Positions 22,355 to 32,319 of a DNA stretch of 54,158 nt are shown here, one piece after another. Location of the stretch: NCBI GenBank assembly GCA_005792635.1, contig SXRF01000102.1:1-54158 (forward strand), written 5' to 3'. The notes under the pieces were generated by a model, which searched no databases, had not been told where the DNA came from, and saw only the letters and a program-made list of their open reading frames with translations. Position 1 is the stretch's first letter; each line of letters opens with the position of its first letter. This DNA is from Rickettsiales bacterium (lineage in GTDB: Bacteria > Pseudomonadota > Alphaproteobacteria > Rickettsiales > SXRF01). Position numbers and translations under genes: made by a program.

Positions 22355-22551
22355 AATCATGGAAGCACCAAGACCCGCCACGACCACGCTGGCTCGAATT
22401 CATTGACTGGTTTGTGCCGCTGCTACTGTGGTTTCCCAGCTGCATCGGCGGGTGGCTGGTGTATTTTGGAATGCCGGTGGTATGGATGATCGCACTGAGC
22501 ATAGTAGCCGCCACTGTAGGCGCATTGCACTTTGCCTCGCAGTCTGGGTGA
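22351..22551 (+). CDS. Small two-TM membrane protein, unknown function
   Basis: ATG 22351 overlaps the XRE stop (ATGA). MKSWKHQDPPRPRWLEFIDWFVPLLLWFPSCIGGWLVYFGMPVVWMIALSIVAATVGALHFASQSG. Confidence 0.45.
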   Translation: MKSWKHQDPPRPRWLEFIDWFVPLLLWFPSCIGGWLVYFGMPVVWMIALSIVAATVGALHFASQSG

Positions 22552-22868
22552 TTAAGCAAGAGACTTGCACAACACACAGTAATCATTGCAAAATACCGAA
22601 AAACGCCTTAAGCATCTGACGGCGAAGAAATGGAGAGTTCGTACCGAGTTCCGTTTGCTCCGCCAAATTTTTCTACAGAACTTTTTCTCTGTATTTTTAG
22701 CCCCACGCTGTAGCCCAGTGTGTGGGCGGTTTTAAGGAAAAAGCTGTTGACTTCCACTTTTTCAAGAACCCCATTTTTTGCTCATTTTTACCACAGAGAG
22801 GCGTTTCTCTCTAAAAGCTGTTGACTTTTTCAAACTAGTGCGGAATTTAACCTAATCTACTACAGCCC

Positions 22869-23990
22869 CTAAATTTTTTTATAAATCTCAATATGCTTTG
22901 TTACAACGCTCCTAACATCAAACTCTCTTTCTGCTAAATTTCGTCCTGCATTTCCCATTTTCTGACAAAGTTCCTTATTAATTAGTAATCTTTCAATTGC
23001 ATCTGCAAGTGCTATAGAATTTTTTACAGGCACTAAAACACCTGTTACATTTTCCTCTATTGCATCACGGCAACCAGAAACATCTGTGGTAACAACCGCC
23101 CGCCCGCAAGCTGCTGCCTCAATTAATACTTTTGGTAAACCTTCACTATACGACGGCAAAACCACCATATACGCACCTGCAAAAACTTGAGGAATATCCG
23201 CCCTATAGCCCCAAACTTCAACATTCGCTTCCGCTTGCCACGCCAATAATTCCGCTTGTGTAATACTAGAAGGATTTTGTAAGTCAGGCTCCCCTACCAA
23301 ACAAAATCTAGCGTTATATCCTTTCTTTTTCAGCCTTCCTGCAGCTTCAACAAATTCCACCACACCTTTATCTTTAAGCAACCGCGCTGCTAAAACTACT
23401 ATTGGTACTCCGTCAGGTAATGGCTTATTTTCATACTGCGATAAATCCACTCCCGAACCACTAATCATTATGGTTTTACTTTCAGGCAAACCAGTAATAG
23501 CCATAATATGTTTTTTATCATCAGGATTTTGGAAAATAACTTTTATATTTTTTTGCCTTAGTGCAAGGCGATATAAAACTGCTACAATTGACTTACGAAT
23601 TTGTGCTTTTATGCCTTTTGCAATAAACACAAAGCCAAGCCCAGGAACAGCAGCAACGATTGATTTAACCGCAGTAAAGCGTGCAGCAATTCCGCCATAG
23701 ATAACGGGTTTTATCGTCACTAAATGAGCAATATCAGGGCGAACTTGGTTAAATAATTTCCAAATGGCAAAAAAAGTTTTCAATTCTACCAGAGGATTCA
23801 TGCTGCCACGATTTAATGGTAGCGAATGAACAACTAAACCATGCGCCTCCATAAACTCTCGCTTATCGGTAATCGCTGTCGCAATATGCACCTCATAGCC
23901 TTGTTTTATAGCCTCAACGGCAATCGGCAGACGATGAGAAACAAAACTCCAATCTACGCCGACTACAAATAATAATTTCTGCTTGCTCAT
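22869..23990 (-). CDS. Glycosyltransferase, GT4 family
   Basis: 373 aa. GT-B fold with the C-terminal EGLPKVLIEAAACGRAVVTTDVSG motif. Confidence 0.85.
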   Translation of the reverse strand: MSKQKLLFVVGVDWSFVSHRLPIAVEAIKQGYEVHIATAITDKREFMEAHGLVVHSLPLNRGSMNPLVELKTFFAIWKLFNQVRPDIAHLVTIKPVIYGGIAARFTAVKSIVAAVPGLGFVFIAKGIKAQIRKSIVAVLYRLALRQKNIKVIFQNPDDKKHIMAITGLPESKTIMISGSGVDLSQYENKPLPDGVPIVVLAARLLKDKGVVEFVEAAGRLKKKGYNARFCLVGEPDLQNPSSITQAELLAWQAEANVEVWGYRADIPQVFAGAYMVVLPSYSEGLPKVLIEAAACGRAVVTTDVSGCRDAIEENVTGVLVPVKNSIALADAIERLLINKELCQKMGNAGRNLAEREFDVRSVVTKHIEIYKKI

Positions 23991-25870
23991 TTTTTCTGCT
24001 CCTTAAGCCAAGCCTGAAACATCAGAACATTCCATAATTGATGCTGCCAGTTGCGTCTCCCTGATAAATGTTCCGCCCATTTTTTGCGGATTGCTGCTGG
24101 ATTTAGATAACCTTCACGCGTGAGGCGTTCTTCGCTTAATAAATCCTCCGCCCAATCGCGTAATTCACTTCGCAACCAATTAGCAATTGGCACACCAAAG
24201 CCCATTTTTGGGCGTTCAATCAATTCTTTTGGCACATGGCGATATAAAACTTCCCGCAAAGCCCACTTGGTTTTGCCTTCCCGAAGCTTATATTCCATTG
24301 GTAATTGCCAAGCAAATTCTACCACGCGGTGGTCAAGAAACGGAACGCGAGTTTCCAACGAAACACCCATCGCAGCTCTATCAACTTTTGCTAAAATATC
24401 ATCGGGCATATAGGTAAGCATATCCAACGCCATCATTTTTTCTATATCATTCAACCCAGCTAAATCTGGCATATTTCCTGTAAGCAAGGTTGCTGGTTCT
24501 TGCCCACCAATTACCAATTCTTCTGGTTCATTCCACTGCGACACAAACTTCATGTATAAATCATTTATATCATTGCTATGCAGAGTATTCGCGCCTTTAT
24601 GTATTTTATCGCCTAAATTTTTGCTTACTTTATTCCAATAGTCTGGTGGTATTTGCGTGATTAACCCTGCTAGAATTTTACGCATAGGCAGTGGCAATAT
24701 TGAAATTTTATTCCATAACGAAGCTGTTAGTTTATAGCGATTATAGCCACAGAAAAGCTCATCACCAGCATCACCAGACAGCGAAACTGTTACATGTTGT
24801 TTTGCTAGCTGCGCTACCAAAAAAGTTGGAATTTGTGAAGAATCCGCAAATGGTTCGTCATATAATGTTGGAAGTTTTGGAATAACCGCCATTGCTTGCT
24901 GAGGAGTTATATATAACTCCGTATGCTGCGTACCGAGATGTTTTGCCACAGCTTTGGCGTGGGTGGCTTCGTTATAGGCTTCCTCATTAAAACCAATGGT
25001 AAAAGTTTTTATTGGGCGAGCAGATTGCGCCTGCATAAGCGCTACCACTGTTGAGGAATCTATTCCGCCAGAAAGAAAAGCGCCAAGCGGCACATCTGCC
25101 AGCATTTGCTGCTTTATAGCATCTTTTAACAAAATTTCCAGAGCATCTACTGATTGCTCTGAAGTTCCTTTGAATGAATTTTTAATACCATTTAGAGCAA
25201 CTTCCGCACCTGACCAATAGGTTTTTATTATTGATTTTTTATTTTGCAATGAAACACTTAGCAAGCTGGCTGGCGGTAATTTATAAATGTTTTGATAAAT
25301 TGAATATGGAGCAGGAACATAAGCATGGCGCATAAAAAGAGTTAGCGAATTACGATCAATTTCTGCACTAAAGGCGGGATGCGCTTTTAGTGCTTTTAAT
25401 TCTGAACCGAATAAAAAACTTTCACCTTGCCAACCGTAATATAGTGGTTTTTCACCGAGCCTATCCCTTCCAATGGTTAAGGTTTTTTCTTGCGTATCCC
25501 AAACCGCAAAGGCGAACATACCAATGTTTTTTTTGATGGTTGCTTCTATCCCCCAAACATCAAAACCAGCCAGCAATGTTTCAGTATCAGAATGACCACG
25601 CCAAGATTTCCCCAATTCTTTGCGTAATTCCAGATGGTTATAAATCTCACCATTAAAAACAATGACATAACGACCGCTGGGAGAAAGCATTGGTTGATGA
25701 CCTGCCTGCGATAAATCCAAGATAGACAGGCGACGATGCGCTAATGAGATTTGCGCTTGCTCATCTACCCAAACTCCGCTGGAATCAGGCCCGCGATGGA
25801 TAATCGCATCTGCCATGCGAACGAGTGCTGCGTTATCTATTTCACCTAAAAAACCAGCAAATCCACACAT
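23987..25870 (-). CDS. Asparagine synthase (glutamine-hydrolysing)-family amidotransferase, WbpS-like
   Basis: 627 aa. N-terminal MCGFAGFLG (Ntn Cys2) and the SGGIDSS PP-loop motif. Confidence 0.88.
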   Translation of the reverse strand: MCGFAGFLGEIDNAALVRMADAIIHRGPDSSGVWVDEQAQISLAHRRLSILDLSQAGHQPMLSPSGRYVIVFNGEIYNHLELRKELGKSWRGHSDTETLLAGFDVWGIEATIKKNIGMFAFAVWDTQEKTLTIGRDRLGEKPLYYGWQGESFLFGSELKALKAHPAFSAEIDRNSLTLFMRHAYVPAPYSIYQNIYKLPPASLLSVSLQNKKSIIKTYWSGAEVALNGIKNSFKGTSEQSVDALEILLKDAIKQQMLADVPLGAFLSGGIDSSTVVALMQAQSARPIKTFTIGFNEEAYNEATHAKAVAKHLGTQHTELYITPQQAMAVIPKLPTLYDEPFADSSQIPTFLVAQLAKQHVTVSLSGDAGDELFCGYNRYKLTASLWNKISILPLPMRKILAGLITQIPPDYWNKVSKNLGDKIHKGANTLHSNDINDLYMKFVSQWNEPEELVIGGQEPATLLTGNMPDLAGLNDIEKMMALDMLTYMPDDILAKVDRAAMGVSLETRVPFLDHRVVEFAWQLPMEYKLREGKTKWALREVLYRHVPKELIERPKMGFGVPIANWLRSELRDWAEDLLSEERLTREGYLNPAAIRKKWAEHLSGRRNWQHQLWNVLMFQAWLKEQKK

Positions 25871-25876
25871 TTTTTG

Positions 25877-26707
25877 CTATTCCTTTTTATACCCAACCGC
25901 ACACCAAAATGGCACGCTATCAGAAAACACTATGTCCTTAAGTCCAGATTTTTCCATCATATTTTGAATTTGTGCTTTGCTAAAGCGTTGCTCCAACCTT
26001 GTTCCAAACCTATCTAGAGCATCTGTGCGCATGGTATAAAAACTGGCAGTTCTATACGCGGAAAGTGGAATATTACTTACATTTACGCCAATTTTTTCTA
26101 AAAAACAAGCTGTGCGAGCTAGTGGAAAATATACTACACCAGCGATAATTTGGCTAACTAGGTAACGCATTTTATGTGGCAACCTAGAAATTGCAAAACG
26201 CAAAACCTCACTGCATTTCCATATCGCACGAAACCAGATAGGGCGATTATCAAAAGCATAATAAAGATAAACTAAAAACGGCGCACCAACTTTAAGTTTC
26301 TGCACACATGCGTTCATGGCTTCCTGAGTATCAGGAATGTGGTGCAATACACCAAGAGAATAACCAAAATCCATACTTCCATCAGCAAGGGGAATATTAT
26401 CAACGCCCGCATGGTGGAAAGTGCAGTTTGCATTAGAAGATAGATTGCGCTTTGCAACTTCAATTGCAGAACTAGGGTCAATGCAGTGTAAATGCCCAAC
26501 TCGCTTTGCAACTAATTTTGCCCACCGCCCACTGCCACAACCAAGGTCAAAACCAACCGCATTTTCAGACAATTTTTGCCACGGAAAAACTGAAAAATAC
26601 TCGTCAAAAAGCTTTTGTTGCTCTTCTTCTGGTAATTTTGATTGGTCAAATCTTTCCCACTCATCACCAAAACCTGCAACAGTTGCCGTATCTATATTGG
26701 AGGTCAT
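25877..26707 (-). CDS. Class I SAM-dependent methyltransferase
   Basis: 276 aa. Motif I is VGFDLGCGSGRWAKLV. Confidence 0.75.
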   Translation of the reverse strand: MTSNIDTATVAGFGDEWERFDQSKLPEEEQQKLFDEYFSVFPWQKLSENAVGFDLGCGSGRWAKLVAKRVGHLHCIDPSSAIEVAKRNLSSNANCTFHHAGVDNIPLADGSMDFGYSLGVLHHIPDTQEAMNACVQKLKVGAPFLVYLYYAFDNRPIWFRAIWKCSEVLRFAISRLPHKMRYLVSQIIAGVVYFPLARTACFLEKIGVNVSNIPLSAYRTASFYTMRTDALDRFGTRLEQRFSKAQIQNMMEKSGLKDIVFSDSVPFWCAVGYKKE

Positions 26708-28980
26708 AGCTTTAACCCTTCTTTATATAATGATGCATATTTACGAACCGCGACTTCCAACGAATAATTTTCTATTATAAATTTGCGTGATTTTTTACCA
26801 ATTGCCAAGCGTTCTTCTGTACTAAGATTTATAAATTTCTGCAAACCACGCGCCAATTCTTCTGGGTTTTCAGCTGGAACAACTATACCATTTTCGCCTG
26901 CCATCAAAGTGCAATCACCAACATTTGTTACAACGCAAGGAACACCAGAACACATAGCCTCGGCAATTACATTAGGCAGAGCTTCACTCCTAGAGTGCAA
27001 ACAAAAAATATCCATCAAATTAAAGCATGAATTAATATCACAGCGTTCGCCAAGAAGAATAAAATTGTCTCGCAAGCCCTTATCATTTATCCAGCGTATA
27101 AGCTGCTCGTTTTCGTAGTTTATATCCCTGCCAATCAGCAAAAAAATAAGATTTTTATTATCTTTTATAAGTTTTGCAGCCGCCAGTATTAAATTTAAGT
27201 GGTCTTTATATTCGTTAAATCTACCAACACTACCTATCACTAATGCTTGTTCTGGAATGGACAATTTTCTACGCATTTCTGCGCCAGATACAAGATTTAT
27301 ATTGTAAGCTAAAACATTACACCCATTAGGAATAACACGCATTTTTTTTATAGAATATCCAAACTTTCTGTGAGTTGCCATAGATGCCTGTGCCACGCAC
27401 ACAATATATCGCGGTATAAAATAAGAAAACAAAGTGCAAAACTTCATAACCATATAAGTGCTGCGAGCAGTACCTTTGCCAGCGAGGATATTAGTGCTGT
27501 GAACTCCCCAATATATATTTTTTATACCAGCCAAGCGAGACGCAATACCACCAAGAAAATCAGCATGATAAAGCCAAGTTTGCACAATTTTGGGAGGGTG
27601 TTTTTTCAGAGAATTTGTTAATTGCCAGATCACTCGTGGCACATCAAAAAAACCTCGCATATTAAGCGCGGTCACTTCAATGCCTAATTCTTGTAGTTTT
27701 TCTCCAACCGCTCCAACATTGGTAAGTGAAATCACCCTATTTTGAAAAATTCCATTTTCTTCACTATATTGCACAAGATTTTTTAACGATAACTCAGCCC
27801 CTCCAACATCAAGACTGGTTATTATATGGGTTACACTTATTTGTGTTGATTGAACTTCATTATCATCTTTATACAATGCTTCATATTTATTCACTGCTGA
27901 TTCTAATGAATAATTTTCTAATACATTATGGCGCAATTTTGCACCAAGTTTCATCCGTTCTTCTGATGATAAATTTATAGTTTTCTGTAAGCCATCCGCC
28001 AATTTTCCAGCATCTTCCGCAGGAACAATAACACCTAATTCTCCCACAATATATGCACTATCGCCTACATTGGTAACCACACAAGGGACACCAGAACACA
28101 TAGCCTCAACAACAACATTGGGAAACGCCTCACTTTTAGAATGAAGGCAAAAAATATCCATCGCGCAGTAGCACAAATTTATATCACTGCGCTCTCCGAG
28201 CAGAAAAAAACGTTCCTTAAATCCAGTTTCGTTTATCCACCCTACAAGCTGAGTGTTTTGTATGTTTATATCTCTACCAATGAGTAAAAAAACAAGGTTT
28301 TTATTATGTTCCGCAAGTTTTGCAGCCGCATTTATGAAATTGTGATGGTCTTTATATTCATTAAATCTTCCTACACTTCCAACCACAATTGCATCTTGTG
28401 GAATTGATAAATTTTGCCTTGCAACTGATTTTGGAATTAAATCATATTTATCAGTATAAAAGCCATTGGAAATAACTTGTAATTTTCTTGGGCAGTATCC
28501 AAATCGCAAATGAGTTATTTTGGCAGATCGTGCAACACAAATAATTTTGTTTGGTATAAAATACGAAAACAGGGCGCATATCTTCATTATAAAATATGTG
28601 CTATGTGCTACACCTTTGCCAGCCATAATATCGGTGCTGCGAATTCCCCAATATATTTTTTTTATCCCAGCAAATCGCGCAGAAATCCCACCTAGTAAAT
28701 CCGCATGATACAGCCAAGTTTGAACTATTTCTGGTTTTTGTTTTTTTAATAATTTTGTTAATTTCCAAACAACTCGTGGCACATCATAAAACCCACGCAT
28801 ATTAAGCGCGATAACTTCAATTCCTAATTCTTGTAATTTTGCACCAACTGTTCCAACTCTGGTTAGAGATATGACTTTATTCTGAAAAACCCCCTGTTTT
28901 TCGCTATATTCAACAATGTTTTTGAGAGCCAGCTCCGCACCTCCAACATCAAGACTTGTGATGATATGGGTTACTTTCAT
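26704..28980 (-). CDS. Double-domain glycosyltransferase (two tandem GT4 modules in one ORF)
   Basis: 758 aa. Residues 3-~371 and 383-758 are clear paralogues (VTHIITSLDVGGAEL..., GSVGRFNEYKDH..., EAMCSGVPCVVTNVGD...). Confidence 0.85.
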   Translation of the reverse strand: MKVTHIITSLDVGGAELALKNIVEYSEKQGVFQNKVISLTRVGTVGAKLQELGIEVIALNMRGFYDVPRVVWKLTKLLKKQKPEIVQTWLYHADLLGGISARFAGIKKIYWGIRSTDIMAGKGVAHSTYFIMKICALFSYFIPNKIICVARSAKITHLRFGYCPRKLQVISNGFYTDKYDLIPKSVARQNLSIPQDAIVVGSVGRFNEYKDHHNFINAAAKLAEHNKNLVFLLIGRDINIQNTQLVGWINETGFKERFFLLGERSDINLCYCAMDIFCLHSKSEAFPNVVVEAMCSGVPCVVTNVGDSAYIVGELGVIVPAEDAGKLADGLQKTINLSSEERMKLGAKLRHNVLENYSLESAVNKYEALYKDDNEVQSTQISVTHIITSLDVGGAELSLKNLVQYSEENGIFQNRVISLTNVGAVGEKLQELGIEVTALNMRGFFDVPRVIWQLTNSLKKHPPKIVQTWLYHADFLGGIASRLAGIKNIYWGVHSTNILAGKGTARSTYMVMKFCTLFSYFIPRYIVCVAQASMATHRKFGYSIKKMRVIPNGCNVLAYNINLVSGAEMRRKLSIPEQALVIGSVGRFNEYKDHLNLILAAAKLIKDNKNLIFLLIGRDINYENEQLIRWINDKGLRDNFILLGERCDINSCFNLMDIFCLHSRSEALPNVIAEAMCSGVPCVVTNVGDCTLMAGENGIVVPAENPEELARGLQKFINLSTEERLAIGKKSRKFIIENYSLEVAVRKYASLYKEGLKL

Positions 28981-29558
28981 TGATGGGATTTTCCTAAAAT
29001 AAATTGAGCTGCGGCTGGCAGATTATCCACCACTATTATAGATGGGGAAAGTATTTTTTCCTCTTCCTTGCCATAACCAGTTCTGACTAAAATAGGCAAA
29101 ACACCTGCTGCAATCCCAGCATCAATATCAATTTGTTTGTCACCTATCATCCACGACTCGTTGAGAGCTATATTTAAGTCTTCAGCTGCTTGTAAAATCA
29201 TATTTGGCGAGGGCTTTCTGCAATCGCAAGCAACTGTGATTTCAGGATGATGCTGGCAGAAATAAAAAGCATCAATTTTTGCATCAATTTTTGCTAGTTC
29301 TGAATTCACAAATTCATGCAATAAATTAACATCATCCGCACCATACATTACTCGCGCTATTCCAGCTTGATTACTTACCACCACCACTAAATAACCAGCA
29401 TCTTTTAATTTTTTAATAGCATTTTCTGCACCGTATACCCATTGCCAATCAGCTATTTTGTGCAGATAGTTCTTTTCAACATTAACCGTTCCATCTCTAT
29501 CCAAAAACACCGCAGGAGTAGGGTTTTTTGCGCGAGGGCTATGCTTAGTAGAAATCAT
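28977..29558 (-). CDS. gmhB: D,D-heptose 1,7-bisphosphate phosphatase (HAD-IIIA), GmhB-like
   Basis: 193 aa with FLDRDGTVN, VVVSNQAGIA and GDKQIDIDAG. Confidence 0.8.
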   Translation of the reverse strand: MISTKHSPRAKNPTPAVFLDRDGTVNVEKNYLHKIADWQWVYGAENAIKKLKDAGYLVVVVSNQAGIARVMYGADDVNLLHEFVNSELAKIDAKIDAFYFCQHHPEITVACDCRKPSPNMILQAAEDLNIALNESWMIGDKQIDIDAGIAAGVLPILVRTGYGKEEEKILSPSIIVVDNLPAAAQFILGKSHQ

Positions 29559-30769
29559 AAATTCGCTTTATCAACAATAAGTTCAGCAAAGGCAAAAGAG
29601 CTGGTAAATGCAGGAGATATAGCATTAAGGACATGCAGAGAATTATCGGTGCGTTCAAAAATATAATCCATCTCTAGCTTGCGGGTTTTTGTGTTCACAA
29701 GCTGCGGGCGAATTCCTGCTTTATCCGTTGGAATCATGTCCTCGCCCTTAAGACTTGGCATAAGTTTTTGCGCTACAGCAAGGAAATTTTCTTTGCTATA
29801 TTTTGCCATTTCTAAATGTGCTAATTTCCTAAAATTATTATCATTCCGAATATACATTTCCGCAATTTTTAGCAAAATTTCACTAGCTTCACCCAGTTTA
29901 ATACCTTCTAATTTTCCATAATTCTCACGCCCGAATGCAGGAATTGCCGTTGGCCCGATATATACATCACCGCTAATAACACGAGTTAAATGCACCCCCA
30001 AAAATGGCAAGGAAATATCAGGTACGGGATATATATTAGCCCGAACTTTTTGGTTTGCTTCAGCACTTAATTTCCAATAAATTCCCTTAAACGGCACGAG
30101 TGTATACTCACTTGCCAAGCCAAAATTTTTAGCTACCATATCCGCATATGCACCAGCGCAATTATATAAAAAACCATAAGAAAAATTATTAGTGGTGGTT
30201 TTTATTTGACTCGCACCTGTTTTCCCTAAAAATTTGCAATTAAAGTGGAAAACCACTCCCTTCGCTTCCAGTTGCTTTTGCAGACGCTTTAACACCGCTA
30301 CACCATCTATAACCGCAGTGGTGGGGCAGTAAATAGCCGCAGGAACATCTGCTGTATAAGGCTCTATTTCGTGCAGTTCTTTATTGTCAATTTTACGAGC
30401 TTGAATGTTGTTGTCAGCGGCATTTTTAAGCAATCTTTCAACAGTCGGCAGTTGCTCATCAGAAGTTGCAATTATGATTTTTCCACATTGATTAACAGCG
30501 ATATTTTCAGCTTTCGCAAATTCTACCATTCGCGACGCGCCGCTTGAGCAAACTTTGGCTTTTAGCGTGTCGCTGCCGTAATAAATGCCACAGTGCATAA
30601 CGCCACTATTGCGCCCACTGGCGTGCATTCCTGCTTGCTCTTCTTTTTCTAAAATCGCAATTCTAGCAGTCGGGTGGCGTTTGTTAAGTTCGGTTGCCAC
30701 CGTAAGCCCAACAATGCCCGCCCCAACCACTATAAAATCATATTGTGATGGAATACTAGACATTGCCAT
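29555..30769 (-). CDS. FAD-dependent oxidoreductase (L-2-hydroxyglutarate-oxidase-like)
   Basis: 404 aa with DFIVVGAGIVGLTVA...ILEKE...ASGRNSGVMHCGIYY. Confidence 0.7.
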   Translation of the reverse strand: MAMSSIPSQYDFIVVGAGIVGLTVATELNKRHPTARIAILEKEEQAGMHASGRNSGVMHCGIYYGSDTLKAKVCSSGASRMVEFAKAENIAVNQCGKIIIATSDEQLPTVERLLKNAADNNIQARKIDNKELHEIEPYTADVPAAIYCPTTAVIDGVAVLKRLQKQLEAKGVVFHFNCKFLGKTGASQIKTTTNNFSYGFLYNCAGAYADMVAKNFGLASEYTLVPFKGIYWKLSAEANQKVRANIYPVPDISLPFLGVHLTRVISGDVYIGPTAIPAFGRENYGKLEGIKLGEASEILLKIAEMYIRNDNNFRKLAHLEMAKYSKENFLAVAQKLMPSLKGEDMIPTDKAGIRPQLVNTKTRKLEMDYIFERTDNSLHVLNAISPAFTSSFAFAELIVDKANL

Positions 30770-31700
30770 ATAACGAATTTTTAATCATGGTATAGCCCTT
30801 AATCAACTCGCCAATTCCACGCTCTAAAGAAAATTCTGTTTTATAGCCAGTTGCCTCTAATTTTTCATTAGAAACAATATAATTACGCTGGTCTGGGTCC
30901 TTGCCAAGCTGCGCTTCCATAACCGTAAAATCAGGGATTTGTTTTTTGATTATTTGGCAAAGTTCCATTTTTGAAACATTAGCTTCTGACAAACCAACAT
31001 TATAAATTTGCCCCTTCATTTTATCAAAATTATTAAGCCCATGCTGGAAAGCACGCGAAACATCGCGAACATGAACATAATTACGCTTAAAATGCCCCTC
31101 AAATAACACCACAAAACGATCATGCACCGCGCGATAAGTAAAGTCATTAACTAGCAAATCAATCCGCATCCGTGGCGACATACCAAACACAGTGGCAAGG
31201 CGAAAACTAATAGCATTCGGGTGTTGCATAAGTTTTTTCTCAACTGCTACTTTTTCAATAGCATATTGCGAAATCGGACGCAGTGGCGATTCCTCGGTAC
31301 AGAAATTATTTTCATCACCCGTTCCATACGCACTATTGGTGGTCGGCATCAAAACAATTTGCTCTTTTGATAGCAATTTCAACATCATGGCAATTGCATC
31401 ATGATTTATAGTGGTCGCCCCAATCGGGTCTATATTACAAAGAGGCGCACCAACAAGAGCAGCCAACGGAATAATTACATCCGCTTTCGCAATAAGTGGA
31501 GCCATCGTTTTTTCTGAGCGAATATCGCCCTTTATCACCGAAAAATTATCATGATGACAACAGTGGTTTAATGTTGCTTGCTTAAACATAAAATTGTCAA
31601 CAACAGTCACTTTATGCCCAGCAGCTAGCAAATCAGGCACCATGGTAGAACCCAAATAACCAGCCCCACCTGTTACTAATATATTATATTTTTGTGTCAT
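30756..31700 (-). CDS. NAD-dependent sugar epimerase/dehydratase (extended SDR)
   Basis: 314 aa with ILVTGGAGYLGS and YAIEK (YxxxK). Confidence 0.8.
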   Translation of the reverse strand: MTQKYNILVTGGAGYLGSTMVPDLLAAGHKVTVVDNFMFKQATLNHCCHHDNFSVIKGDIRSEKTMAPLIAKADVIIPLAALVGAPLCNIDPIGATTINHDAIAMMLKLLSKEQIVLMPTTNSAYGTGDENNFCTEESPLRPISQYAIEKVAVEKKLMQHPNAISFRLATVFGMSPRMRIDLLVNDFTYRAVHDRFVVLFEGHFKRNYVHVRDVSRAFQHGLNNFDKMKGQIYNVGLSEANVSKMELCQIIKKQIPDFTVMEAQLGKDPDQRNYIVSNEKLEATGYKTEFSLERGIGELIKGYTMIKNSLYGNV

Positions 31701-31723
31701 TTATTATTTCCTTATTGATTACA

Positions 31724-32308
31724 TTAACTAAAAATCGCTCGTTCTACACATTCACAAAGCGTATGTGCGAGGACAATGTGGATTTCCTGAATTGTGCTGG
31801 TCATTTCACCGCTGGCGATGATGCAATAATCGGCTTTTTCTTTTGCCATCCCGCCATTATGTCCTGTAAAAACAATGGTGGGAATTCCCATTGCACGGCA
31901 AGTACCCAGAGCTTTAAGAATGTTTGGAGATTTGCCAGAAGTGGTGATGCCAAGGAAAATATCGTTTTTGGTCATTTTTCCTTGAATTTGGCGAGAGAAA
32001 ACTTGCTCATAACCATAATCATTGCCAATAGCAGTAAGGATTGAGGTGTCAACAGTGAGTGCTTCCGCAGCAAGTGGAGCGCGGTCGCGAGCCAGCTTAC
32101 TTACAAACTCTGCCGCTAAATGTTGGGCATCCGCCGCCGAGCCGCCATTGCCAGCAATATAAATCCGCCCCCCGCTTTTATAACGAGCCACAACTTCGGC
32201 AACTGCTTTTTCAAAAATCGCAATTTGTTCTTGTTCTGACAAAAATCTTTGTTTAGCGACAATTGAGGCATTAAGGTTTTTTATTAGAATTTCTGTGGAA
32301 CTTGTCAT
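31724..32308 (-). CDS. gmhA: Sedoheptulose-7-phosphate isomerase (SIS domain), GmhA
   Basis: 194 aa with IYIAGNGGSAADAQHLAAEF and ITTSGKSPN. Confidence 0.85.
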   Translation of the reverse strand: MTSSTEILIKNLNASIVAKQRFLSEQEQIAIFEKAVAEVVARYKSGGRIYIAGNGGSAADAQHLAAEFVSKLARDRAPLAAEALTVDTSILTAIGNDYGYEQVFSRQIQGKMTKNDIFLGITTSGKSPNILKALGTCRAMGIPTIVFTGHNGGMAKEKADYCIIASGEMTSTIQEIHIVLAHTLCECVERAIFS

Positions 32309-32319
32309 AATTCATTCTT

